Counted from the first letter of the stretch, positions 9,013-17,180 are shown. The stretch is DNA of 64,000 nucleotides from Acidimicrobiales bacterium (GCA_049523315.1 JBEKMZ010000014.1:3763-67762); one strand, 5' to 3'. Translations and numbers: made by a program. Notes: generated by a model from the letters alone, not told the origin.

Positions 9013-9735
9013 GTGCCCATGACCTCGAGGGGGGCGCTGTTGCTGACGGCCGCTCGCGCGACGAAGGGCTTCATGCCCGACGAGGAGGGCCTTTGCCTGG
9101 CGGACGTCGCGGAGCGCGCCGCCACGGCGGGCCACACCTCGATCGTCGAGATCGGCGCCTACTGCGGCCGCTCGACGCTCTACCTCGCCTCGGGGGTGGC
9201 CCGGGCTCTCGATGCCGGGGCGAGCGCTGCTGTGATCTTCAGCGTCGACCACCACCACGGCTCGGAGGAGAACCAGCGCGGTTGGGAGCACCACGACGCG
9301 AGCCTCGTCGACCGCTACACGGGCCGCATCGACACCTTGCCGCACTGGAGGAGGGCGATCTCGTCAGCCGGGGCGGAGGACCTCGCCGTCGCGGTAGTGG
9401 GCGACTCGCCTGCGGTCGCCGCGCGATGGACCGTCCGTGCGGGCCTCGTGTTCATCGACGGTGGCCATGGGGAAGCCCCGGCCTGGGCCGACTACCTGGG
9501 CTGGGCCCCGCGGGTGGCCGAGGGCGGATGGCTCGCGATCCATGACGTCTTCCCTGACCCCGCAGATGGTGGCAGGCCGCCGTTCGAGATCTACAGTCGC
9601 GCCCTCAGCGGGGGCGAGTTCACAGAGGAGCTCTCGGCGGGCACCGGCAGCCTGCGGGTGTTAAGGCGCGTGACACCGCCCCCGGACGCGTCGAGGTCGA
9701 GGCCGCGGGGGAGCGACCCGCCGATGAACAGCTGA
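9013..9735 (+). CDS. class I SAM-dependent methyltransferase (Methyltransf_24-like)
   Basis: IVEIGAYCGRSTLYLASG (SAM-binding loop), SVDHHHGSEENQRGWEHHD, FIDGGHGEAPAWADY and WLAIHDVFPDPADGGRPP. The last ~20 aa are non-conserved-looking and run antisense into the neighbouring gene. Confidence 0.8.
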   Translation: MPMTSRGALLLTAARATKGFMPDEEGLCLADVAERAATAGHTSIVEIGAYCGRSTLYLASGVARALDAGASAAVIFSVDHHHGSEENQRGWEHHDASLVDRYTGRIDTLPHWRRAISSAGAEDLAVAVVGDSPAVAARWTVRAGLVFIDGGHGEAPAWADYLGWAPRVAEGGWLAIHDVFPDPADGGRPPFEIYSRALSGGEFTEELSAGTGSLRVLRRVTPPPDASRSRPRGSDPPMNS

Positions 9736-10781
9736 GAGGCCTCGCTGATCGGGGACAAGGCGTCGGTGGCGAGAACGACGGCGGCGGCGGTGTAGCTGGA
9801 GCGCTCCTCCGGCGGGAAACTCGAGAGCTGCGGGTAGACGATCCCGGTCAGGTACGAGCCGTCCCCGCATCGGTGCTGGGCCGCCCAGCCGAGCAGGCTC
9901 AAGGCTGCCTCGCGCCGGCCCATGGACGCGAGGGCGATTGCACACTCGGCAGTCTCTGCGGCGGTCACCCAGGCCTTGGCGGAGACGCAGCGAACCCCGC
10001 GCCCCTCGATCACGAACTCGTGCCAGCGCTCCTCGACGCGCTCACAGGCCTCAGCCGGCTCCAGCGCCCCCACCAGCAACGGGTAGTACCAGTCCATGGC
10101 GAACTCGTCCTTGCGGGCGAAGCCGGCCGAGCCGTTCTCGACGGCGTGGCGCAGGTGGCCGGCGGCGAGTTCCCAGTCGGGACGCTCGAGGCCGAGCTCG
10201 AGGGCGCACGCGATGGCACAGCGGAGACTGAAATAGGCAGAGGAGGACCCGGCCAACAGCCCGTAGCGTCCGGGGGTCCCGTCGGGGTCGACGGACCAGG
10301 CGAGCTCCCCTCCGGGCCGCTGCCAGGTTAGGACGAACTCGACCGCACGCTCCACTACCGCCCAGAGCTCTTCCAAAAAGCCGTGGTCACGCGTGATGAG
10401 GAAGTGGTGCCACACCCCGGTGGCCACGTAGGCACAGACGTTGGTGTCGAGCCGCGGCTCTTCGACCTCGCCGTCGGCCAGGTAGTACGTGTGCCAGGAG
10501 CCGTCGGCACGCTGTGTCGCCTGCAGCCACCCGAAGGCTCGCTCGGCATCGGCGAGCGCACCACCGACGCCGAGCGCCATGGCCGCCTCCACGTGGTTCC
10601 AGGGGTCCGCGTGGCCTCCGGCGAACCACGGGATCATGCCGTTCGGCAGCTGAACGGCGCGGATCGCGTCGATTGTCGCGCTGAGCTGTGTCACGTCGGT
10701 CCGCGCCCCGCTTGCCGGCGGATCTGCCACCGGGCCCGGTGTCTCCCGGTCGCCTAGATCCTGACCTGAGGTTGGCGTCAC
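9591..10781 (-). CDS. prenyltransferase/terpenoid-cyclase-fold (alpha-alpha toroid) repeat protein
   Basis: ORF 9591..11405 trimmed to the GTG at 10781, which overlaps the upstream stop as GTGA. QW-like repeats WLQATQRADGSW, LTWQRPGGELAW and AAQHRCGDGSY. I saw no DxDD motif. An alternative GTG start lies near 10697. Confidence 0.75.
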   Translation of the reverse strand: MTPTSGQDLGDRETPGPVADPPASGARTDVTQLSATIDAIRAVQLPNGMIPWFAGGHADPWNHVEAAMALGVGGALADAERAFGWLQATQRADGSWHTYYLADGEVEEPRLDTNVCAYVATGVWHHFLITRDHGFLEELWAVVERAVEFVLTWQRPGGELAWSVDPDGTPGRYGLLAGSSSAYFSLRCAIACALELGLERPDWELAAGHLRHAVENGSAGFARKDEFAMDWYYPLLVGALEPAEACERVEERWHEFVIEGRGVRCVSAKAWVTAAETAECAIALASMGRREAALSLLGWAAQHRCGDGSYLTGIVYPQLSSFPPEERSSYTAAAVVLATDALSPISEASQLFIGGSLPRGLDLDASGGGVTRLNTRRLPVPAESSSVNSPPLRARL

Positions 10782-11494
10782 TGCTCGGCGTGGCGCAGGT
10801 AGGCGACGAGGCTCTTGCCGAGCACGGGGTTGAGGAGCCGCTCGGGCACCGTCGTCAGAGGACTGTGGGCGGTGATGTCCCAGACGAGGAGGCGGTGGTA
10901 GGCCTTCACGGCCCCGCAGTCCTGCTTGTCGACACCGACGAGGCAGCGCAGCCACCAGTACGGGCTGTGCAAGGCGTGGGCGTGATGGGTGGCGACAGGC
11001 TCCAGGCCGGCCGCCCCGAACCGCTCGAACAGCTGGCGGCGGCGGTAGACCCGCACGTGGCCCCCCGCGACGGCGTGGTAGCGCTCCGAGAGCGCCCAGT
11101 TCACGAGCTCCGGGCCGTAGCGGGGCACGCTGACGGCGAGCAGGCCGCCAGGGCGCAGGACGCGGGCGAGCTCGGTCATGGCGGCCGAGTCGTCGCGGAG
11201 GTGCTCGAGCACCTCCGCGCATATGACCTTGTCGAAAGCCCCGTCGGGGAACGGCAGCCTCAGCGCGTCCCCCCTGACGGCGACGCCCGCCCCGTGCTCT
11301 GCGACCTCGCCGGCCTCGGCCATCGCACACATCAGCCCGGCCACGGCTTTCACCTCGAGCGCGTCGGAGTCGAGGGCGACGACCGCCGCGCCGCGCCGCA
11401 AGCACTCAAAGGCGTGGCGGCCGGCCCCGCAGCCGAGGTCGAGCACCCGCTCTCCCGGGCGCAGGCCGAGACGGCCGAAGTCGACGGTCAGCAC
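10778..11494 (-). CDS. class I SAM-dependent methyltransferase (Methyltransf_11-like)
   Basis: ORF 10778..12460 trimmed to the GTG at 11494, a 7-nt overlap with the GT4 stop. VLDLGCGAGRHAFECLRRGAAVVALD, FDKVICAEVLEHLRDD and LRPGGLLAVSVP. Confidence 0.85.
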   Translation of the reverse strand: MLTVDFGRLGLRPGERVLDLGCGAGRHAFECLRRGAAVVALDSDALEVKAVAGLMCAMAEAGEVAEHGAGVAVRGDALRLPFPDGAFDKVICAEVLEHLRDDSAAMTELARVLRPGGLLAVSVPRYGPELVNWALSERYHAVAGGHVRVYRRRQLFERFGAAGLEPVATHHAHALHSPYWWLRCLVGVDKQDCGAVKAYHRLLVWDITAHSPLTTVPERLLNPVLGKSLVAYLRHAEQ

Positions 11495-12747
11495 GCCAGA
11501 AGCTCGAAATACTGCTCCGCTGTGGCGCGGGCGGTCACCGCCCAGGTGAACCGTTCCGACACCCGAGTACGACCGGCGGCCCCGAGGCGGACTCGGAGCG
11601 GCTCGTCCGAGAGCGCGGCCGTGACGGCCTGAGCGAGTGCATCCGGGTCGTTCGGCTCCACGAGCAACGCCGCCGCGCCGCTCGGGCCCACCACCTCGGG
11701 CAAGGCGCCACCCTTGGTCGCCACTAACGCCACGCCGCAGGCCATTGCCTCGATCGCCGGCAAGGAGAACCCCTCGTAAAGCGACGGTACGACGGCGAGC
11801 TGGGCCGAGGCGTAGAGCTCGACGATCTCCTGGTCGCTCACCCCTGAGACGAAACGGACCGCGGACCTGAGACCGAGCCGGTCCAGCACGGCCGGGACGG
11901 CGCTCCCCTCCCTCAGCCGGCCGACGACCACGAGATGGGCATCGTCGCGCTCGGTGCGCACCTTCGCGAGCGCCTCGAGGAGCGGGACGAGCCCTTTCAT
12001 GGGCACGTCGGAGCTCGCGGTCGTCATGATCCGCCCAGGCACGCGCGCCACCTCGGGCAGCGGCCGGAACACCGAGCTGTCCACGCCGACGGGTACGACG
12101 GCTATGCGGAGCGGATCGACGCCGAGCTGCTCGGCGATATCGCGTGCCGACGACTCCGAGACCGTCACAACGCGAGGGACCATGCGGGCGACGCGCGCCT
12201 GCATCCCGACGAACCCGTACCAGCGCCGGAGAGTGAGTCGCCGGCGCCACCCCTCGGCGTGGGCCATGTCGAGCTCGCGGTCGACGGTTATCGGGTGATG
12301 GATCGTGGCCAGAACAGGCCAGCCGTCCCTCATCATCCCTGCGATGCCCCGCCCGAGGCTCTGGTCGTCGTGGACGAGGTCGAACTCTCCGCGGCGACCG
12401 GCGAGGAGCCGACGCGCCCTCAGGCTGAAGGTGAGCGGCTCCGGAAACCCAGCCGTGCACATCAACGCGAACTCGAGGACGTCTGTGGGCGAGGTGAACT
12501 CCCTAAGGCGCGGGACACGGAACGGGTCCGGCTCCCGGTAAAGGTCAAGGCTCGCGACCCTCACAAGCTCGACCCCCTCCTCGAGCTCGGGGTAGGGCTG
12601 GCCCGAGAACACGGTCACCGAGTGGCCGAGGGCCGTGAGCTCGCGCGTCAGGTAGCGCGTGTAGACGCCCTGGCCGCCACAACGCGGATTGCCCCGGTAG
12701 ACGAGGAACGCAATGCGCAACCGGCGCGGGCGTCTCGGCTCTGGCAT
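11488..12747 (-). CDS. glycosyltransferase family 4 (GT-B fold)
   Basis: 419 aa. RIAFLVYRGNPRCGGQGVYTRYLTRELTALGHSVTVFSG at the N-terminus and a C-terminal EGFSLPAIEAMACGVALVATKGGALPEVV (the E-x7-E-type donor-binding region). Confidence 0.9.
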   Translation of the reverse strand: MPEPRRPRRLRIAFLVYRGNPRCGGQGVYTRYLTRELTALGHSVTVFSGQPYPELEEGVELVRVASLDLYREPDPFRVPRLREFTSPTDVLEFALMCTAGFPEPLTFSLRARRLLAGRRGEFDLVHDDQSLGRGIAGMMRDGWPVLATIHHPITVDRELDMAHAEGWRRRLTLRRWYGFVGMQARVARMVPRVVTVSESSARDIAEQLGVDPLRIAVVPVGVDSSVFRPLPEVARVPGRIMTTASSDVPMKGLVPLLEALAKVRTERDDAHLVVVGRLREGSAVPAVLDRLGLRSAVRFVSGVSDQEIVELYASAQLAVVPSLYEGFSLPAIEAMACGVALVATKGGALPEVVGPSGAAALLVEPNDPDALAQAVTAALSDEPLRVRLGAAGRTRVSERFTWAVTARATAEQYFELLAC

Positions 12748-12867
12748 AGCGGTACAGCCTTTCCTGCACGGCTGCGATAAGCAAGGCAGTCTCGCCCGTG
12801 TCGCGCTCGACGGGGCCCTTCCGGCCCGGCGAAGAGTTCACTACTATGGAGTCGTGCGGATCGCCGT

Positions 12868-14154
12868 GTGCCGATCGCGCTGGGCCTCCTCCTGATGGCA
12901 GCAGACATCATCCATCTTTCGGGCATAGTCCGCAGCCCGCTGCTCGGCAGCGACGGCGGGCGCATCGGCCGGGTGGAAGATGTGATCGCGCGTCCCGGTG
13001 AGCAGGCACATCCACCGGTGAACGGGATCCTCGCGACGATCGGGCGCCGGCAGCTGTTCGTGCCGATGGCGCTGATCGGGACCGTCCGTCCCGGCTGCGT
13101 ACAGCTCCAGGGAGAGACGCTGAACCTCTCCCGCTTCGAGCGCCGTCCAGGGGAGCTGCTGCTGGCGAAGGACCTCTCGGCGCGGCACCTCATCAACATC
13201 GTCGGGGCGCGGCTCATCCGGGCCAACGAGATCGAGCTGGCGGTCGTCGACGGCACCTTGGAAGTCATAGGCGTCGACCCGACGAGCCGGCCGGTGCTGC
13301 GTCGGCTGCTGCCGCGCATGCTTGCACAGCGCATACCGGCCAAGGCGATCGTCGACTGGGAGAGCATCCAGCCCTTCGTCGCCCACGTGCCGAGCAGCGG
13401 ATTGCGGATCCCGTACCGCAAGCTCGCCCGCCTGCACCCTGCTCAGATCGCCGACCTCGTCGAAGCCGCCTCGCACGAGGAGGGCGAGGAGATAATCAAC
13501 GCCGTCGGCCAGGACCTCGAGCTCGAAGCCGATGTCTTCGAGGAGCTCGACGCTGTCCACCAGCTGGAGTTCTTGAGCACGCGCTCGGACAAGGAAGCCG
13601 CCCGGCTGCTGGCGACGATGGCTCCCGACGACGCCGCCGATCTCGTCGCGGACCTCGAGCAGGAGCGCCGGCTCTCGGTGCTCGAGGCCCTGCCCCAGCC
13701 GACCCAGGCGAAAGTCCGGGCGCTGTTGAGCTACAACCCGGAGACCGCGGGCGGCCTCATGAGCCCGGAGTTCCTCTCCCTGCCCGGCGACACGGTCGTG
13801 TCGGACGCGCTCGAGGAGATCCGCCGCAGCCCCGTCGCACCCGAGGCGCTCGGCGTCATCTACACCACCGACGAGGAGGGGCGCCTCACTGGGACCGCCT
13901 CTGTCGTCCGACTCTTGAAGAGCCCCTCGGCGGCACGCATCGGCGAGGTCGCCGATCTCGACCCCGTCGCGGTCAGGCCGGATGCCGACCTGCACGCGAT
14001 CGTGCGGAAGATGTCGGACTTCAATCTCGCCGCCGCGCCCGTGATCGACGACGACCACCAGATGATCGGGGTCGTCACCGTCGACGACGTCCTCGAGCTC
14101 CTCTTGCCGACGGGGTGGCGACGCGACTTCGGGATGACGAGCGCCGACGAGTGA
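12868..14154 (+). CDS. soluble MgtE-type Mg2+-sensing module (PRC-barrel-like N-terminus + MgtE_N + CBS pair, no transmembrane pore)
   Basis: 428 aa. LLGSDGGRIGRVEDVIAR (PRC-like), MAPDDAADLVADLEQERRLSVLEALPQPTQAKVRALL (MgtE_N) and ETAGGLMSPEFLSLPGDTVVSDALEEIRR...VIDDDHQMIGVVTVDDVLELL (CBS pair). The ORF stops right after the CBS pair, with no hydrophobic segments. The start could be the ATG at 12895. Confidence 0.85.
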   Translation: MPIALGLLLMAADIIHLSGIVRSPLLGSDGGRIGRVEDVIARPGEQAHPPVNGILATIGRRQLFVPMALIGTVRPGCVQLQGETLNLSRFERRPGELLLAKDLSARHLINIVGARLIRANEIELAVVDGTLEVIGVDPTSRPVLRRLLPRMLAQRIPAKAIVDWESIQPFVAHVPSSGLRIPYRKLARLHPAQIADLVEAASHEEGEEIINAVGQDLELEADVFEELDAVHQLEFLSTRSDKEAARLLATMAPDDAADLVADLEQERRLSVLEALPQPTQAKVRALLSYNPETAGGLMSPEFLSLPGDTVVSDALEEIRRSPVAPEALGVIYTTDEEGRLTGTASVVRLLKSPSAARIGEVADLDPVAVRPDADLHAIVRKMSDFNLAAAPVIDDDHQMIGVVTVDDVLELLLPTGWRRDFGMTSADE

Positions 14155-14224
14155 GCCGGCCCGGCGCGGCTCGAAGAGCTGGACTGGCCCCGGGCCAAAA
14201 AGGCTAGGATTGTGGCCGCAAGCA

Positions 14225-14400
14225 GCCACGCCTTCTCCGGAGACGGTGAGCGGAGTGCACCCGGCTCGCGTCGGGCTGAAGCCGGTACCCGCCGGCGCCA
14301 CTCGCCCAAGGGCAGGCTGACGATGGGACAGGAAACGGAGCAACCCTGAGTACCGACGGTTGGTTACCCGGCCAACTTCCCGCGCGCGCAACCGAGGAGG
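14225..14400 (+). promoter_or_regulatory. candidate structured 5' leader, partially M-box (ykoK, Mg2+ riboswitch)-like
   Basis: About 345 nt of non-coding gap lie upstream of the transporter. GGUGAGCGG, GCCCAAGGGCAGGCUGACGAUGGGACAGGAAAC (compare B. subtilis GCCCAAAAAUGUCCAAAGACGCUAAUGGGUCAACAGAAAUC) and GCCAACUUCCCGCG resemble conserved M-box blocks. This was judged by eye only. Confidence 0.35.
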
Positions 14401-14500
14401 GGCGACTGCTCCGCTGAGGCCTTTGTGACCTCTGGTGTGCGTGCGCAACAAGCCACGCCCACGCACACCCACTACGCCAATGCCGGCGCGAGAGGTCACC

Positions 14501-16219
14501 ATGGTCGAAAACCTGCTGCCTGGCGACGACGAGGAGCCGGAGGCAGCACCCCTCGGCGACGAGAAGGAGCCCGAAGAGGAGTCCGTCGCGCCATCGGCGG
14601 CACTCGACAGCGCGCACGTGGGCGACATCCAGGGGGCGTTCGGGACGATCCGCGAGCACGACCTAGCTGCACGGCGGTCGTGGGGGAAAAAGGTCATCAC
14701 CCTGCTCGCGATCATCGGACCCGGCCTCATCGTCATGGTCGGTGACAACGACGCCGGTGGTGTGTCCACTTACGCCCAGGCAGGCCAGAACTTCGGTCTC
14801 AGCTTGTTGTGGACCCTGCCGCTTCTCATCCCGGTCCTGATCGTCAACCAGGAGATGGTCGTCCGCCTCGGGGCCGTGACCGGCGTCGGGCACGCCCGGC
14901 TCATCAACGAGCGCTTCGGGAGGTTCTGGGGGGCATTCTCCGTCGGCGACCTGTTTCTCTTGAACTTCCTCACCATCGTCACCGAGTTCATCGGCGTCGG
15001 CCTCGCCCTCGGCTATTTCGGCATATCCGCCTACATCTCGGTCCCGATCGCGGCTGTGGGGCTCATCGCCATCACCGCGACGGGGAGCTTCCGCCGCTGG
15101 GAGCGTTTCATGTTCGTTTTCGTCGGGGTGAACTTTCTCGCTATCCCGCTCGTGATCCTGGTCCATCCCCATGCCGGGCCGATACTGCACGGCTTCCTCG
15201 TCCCGGGCGCCCAGGGCGGGATGTCCTCGACTGCCGTGCTCCTCATAATCGCCATCGTCGGGACGACGGTCGCGCCCTGGCAGCTGTTCTTCCAGCAGTC
15301 CAACATCGTCGACAAGCGGATCACCCCCCGCTGGATCAACTACGAGCGCGCGGACACCGTCATCGGCTCGCTCGTCGTCGTGATCGCCGCGACAGCTCTG
15401 TTGGTGACGGCGGCCTTCGCGTTCAAGCACACGGGTCTCGCCGGCCATTTCGTCAATGCGGAGCAGGTAGCGCGCGGCCTCGATCGCTTCGTCGGGCACG
15501 GCACTGGCCCGCTGTTTGCCCTCGTGCTGCTCAACGCCTCGATAATCGGCGCCGCGGCGGTGACCCTGTCCACCTCTTACGCCTTCGGCGACGTGTTCGG
15601 GATCCGCCACTCGCTCCACCGCAGCTTCGCGGACGCGAAGCAGTTCTACGTTCTGTTCAGCGGCCAGGTCGTTCTCGCCGCGGGCATCGTGCTGATCCCG
15701 CGCGCCCCGCTCGGACTCATCACGACCTCGGTCCAAGCTCTGGCGGGAGTGCTTCTTCCGAGTGCGACCGTGTTCTTGCTGTTGCTCTGCAACGACAAGG
15801 AAGTTCTCGGTCCCTGGGTCAACCGCCCGTGGCTGAACGTCCTCGCCGGCTTCATCGTCGCTGTCTTGTTGGCGCTGTCTTTGATCCTGATGGCGACCAC
15901 GGTCTTCCCGAGCCTGAACGTCGACTCGTTAGCTCTCGTGCTCGGATTCGTCATCGTGGCCGGCTTCATCGGCGGCGGGGGCTTCATGTTGCTGCCCGCC
16001 CAAAGGGCCAAGCGCCTTGCAGCCGCTCGCGTCGGGGCGAGGGTGGCGCCGCGCCACGCCGTGCGGCGCGAGACGTGGCGCATGCCACAGCTCGCCCTTT
16101 TGGAGCGGCCCGTATGGTCGCGTGGCCGCACCATGGCGATGTGGACCCTGCGGCTTTACCTCGTTGCCGCCGTGCTCTTGCTGATCGTCAAAGCCGTGCA
16201 GATCGGTACGGCGCACTGA
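14501..16219 (+). CDS. NRAMP/SLC11-family transporter of the NRMT (Mg2+-transporting) type
   Basis: ORF 14435..16219 trimmed to the ATG at 14501, with GAGAGG 7 nt upstream. The TM1 motif is GDNDAGGV instead of DPGN. The TM6 motif is GTTVAPW instead of GA-x-x-MPH. There are 11-12 hydrophobic helices plus an extra C-terminal helix. Confidence 0.85.
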   Translation: MVENLLPGDDEEPEAAPLGDEKEPEEESVAPSAALDSAHVGDIQGAFGTIREHDLAARRSWGKKVITLLAIIGPGLIVMVGDNDAGGVSTYAQAGQNFGLSLLWTLPLLIPVLIVNQEMVVRLGAVTGVGHARLINERFGRFWGAFSVGDLFLLNFLTIVTEFIGVGLALGYFGISAYISVPIAAVGLIAITATGSFRRWERFMFVFVGVNFLAIPLVILVHPHAGPILHGFLVPGAQGGMSSTAVLLIIAIVGTTVAPWQLFFQQSNIVDKRITPRWINYERADTVIGSLVVVIAATALLVTAAFAFKHTGLAGHFVNAEQVARGLDRFVGHGTGPLFALVLLNASIIGAAAVTLSTSYAFGDVFGIRHSLHRSFADAKQFYVLFSGQVVLAAGIVLIPRAPLGLITTSVQALAGVLLPSATVFLLLLCNDKEVLGPWVNRPWLNVLAGFIVAVLLALSLILMATTVFPSLNVDSLALVLGFVIVAGFIGGGGFMLLPAQRAKRLAAARVGARVAPRHAVRRETWRMPQLALLERPVWSRGRTMAMWTLRLYLVAAVLLLIVKAVQIGTAH

Positions 16220-16241
16220 GCCGAGATGGCGCCAGGCGCCC

Positions 16242-17180
16242 GTGGCCTGGCCGGCAAGGCGGGCTAATCTCGCCCAGGTGGCTTGCTCCCCTGACCAGCT
16301 CAAGCAACCTCCCGGGCGGCTTCGCTCCGAGCCGGGGCTTCGGGCCGAGGATCTGAGCGAGATAAGGCGGTTGGCCGCCGCCTGCGTCGCGGCCGACGGC
16401 GGGCGCCTCAAGCTCGAATGGCGGGCCCTCGAGATGAGGGCCGCGGAGGAGGTCAACGACTTCTTGTGGGTGGGTCCCGAGGGCCTGGTCGGCTTCCTTG
16501 GCCTCTACGGCTTTCGCCCGGACCAGGTCGAGATGTGCGGGATGGTCCACCCCTCCGCTCGCCGCCAGGGCATCTTCTCAAAGCTGTTCGAGGCAGCGAC
16601 CGCCGAGGCGGTGAGCCGGGGCGCACCGCAGACCCTTCTCGTCGTCGACAGGCTTTACGGGTCGGGGGCCGGATTCGCCGCTTCGGTCGGGGGGAGGATC
16701 GAGCACTCCGAGCACCGCATGGTGCTGCGGCGCGAGCCTTCAGGCTTCGTGGCGGACCCGCTCGTGACCGTCCGGGGCGCCGAGCGGGCCGACGTGGTTT
16801 TCGTCGTCGGGTGCCTTGCCGAGGCGTTCGGCCTGCCGATCGAGCAGCTCAAGTCCGAGGAGATCGAGGGCCTCGTGAGGCGGTACCCGGGCACCCTCGT
16901 GATCGAGAGCGGGGGCGAGCCTGTCGGGACGGTGCGCGTCGAACGTGGTCCCGACGGTGCCGACATCTACGGCTTTGCCGTCTCGCCGGCCTTCCAGGGC
17001 CGGGGGATCGGTCGCCTTGTTCTGTCCCGGCTCGCCAACGACCTCGTCGCCGAGGGGATCGGCCGGGTCGGCCTCGAGGTCGCGAGCACCAACGACGGCG
17101 CCCTCGGGCTTTACCTGAGCTGCGGCTTCGAGGTCACGGGCACGGAGGACTACTACGCGGTGGCCCTGACGAGCCCGTGA
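16242..17180 (+). CDS. two-domain GNAT-family N-acetyltransferase
   Basis: 312 aa. The C-terminal domain has IYGFAVSPAFQGRGIGRLVLSRLANDL (acetyl-CoA-binding Q/R-x-x-G-x-G/A) and the N-terminal half has MVHPSARRQGIFSKL. The specific substrate is unknown. Confidence 0.7.
   Translation: MAWPARRANLAQVACSPDQLKQPPGRLRSEPGLRAEDLSEIRRLAAACVAADGGRLKLEWRALEMRAAEEVNDFLWVGPEGLVGFLGLYGFRPDQVEMCGMVHPSARRQGIFSKLFEAATAEAVSRGAPQTLLVVDRLYGSGAGFAASVGGRIEHSEHRMVLRREPSGFVADPLVTVRGAERADVVFVVGCLAEAFGLPIEQLKSEEIEGLVRRYPGTLVIESGGEPVGTVRVERGPDGADIYGFAVSPAFQGRGIGRLVLSRLANDLVAEGIGRVGLEVASTNDGALGLYLSCGFEVTGTEDYYAVALTSP

Noticed and set aside
14390-14405. GAGGAGGGG upstream of the transporter, considered as its Shine-Dalgarno sequence
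   Set aside because: It lies 24-34 nt or more upstream of the nearest in-frame start (GTG 14435) and ~100 nt from the preferred ATG 14501. It is more likely part of the leader structure, pairing with UUCUCC at 14233.
12844-14769. 641-aa minus-strand ORF
   Set aside because: It is antisense to the MgtE_N/CBS gene and the leader. Its composition is low complexity and Arg/Pro/Gly-rich, and I recognise no domain.
14809-16356. 515-aa plus-strand ORF
   Set aside because: It is an alternate frame of the NRAMP-family gene. It is Arg/Pro-rich with no hydrophobic helices, whereas the chosen frame encodes 11-12 TM helices with family motifs.
16242-17180. Possible mycothiol synthase MshD (a two-GNAT-domain protein of ~310 aa)
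   Set aside because: Size and domain count fit, but I see no convincing similarity to the MshD sequence as I remember it, and no other mycothiol genes are nearby. I kept it as a generic GNAT.
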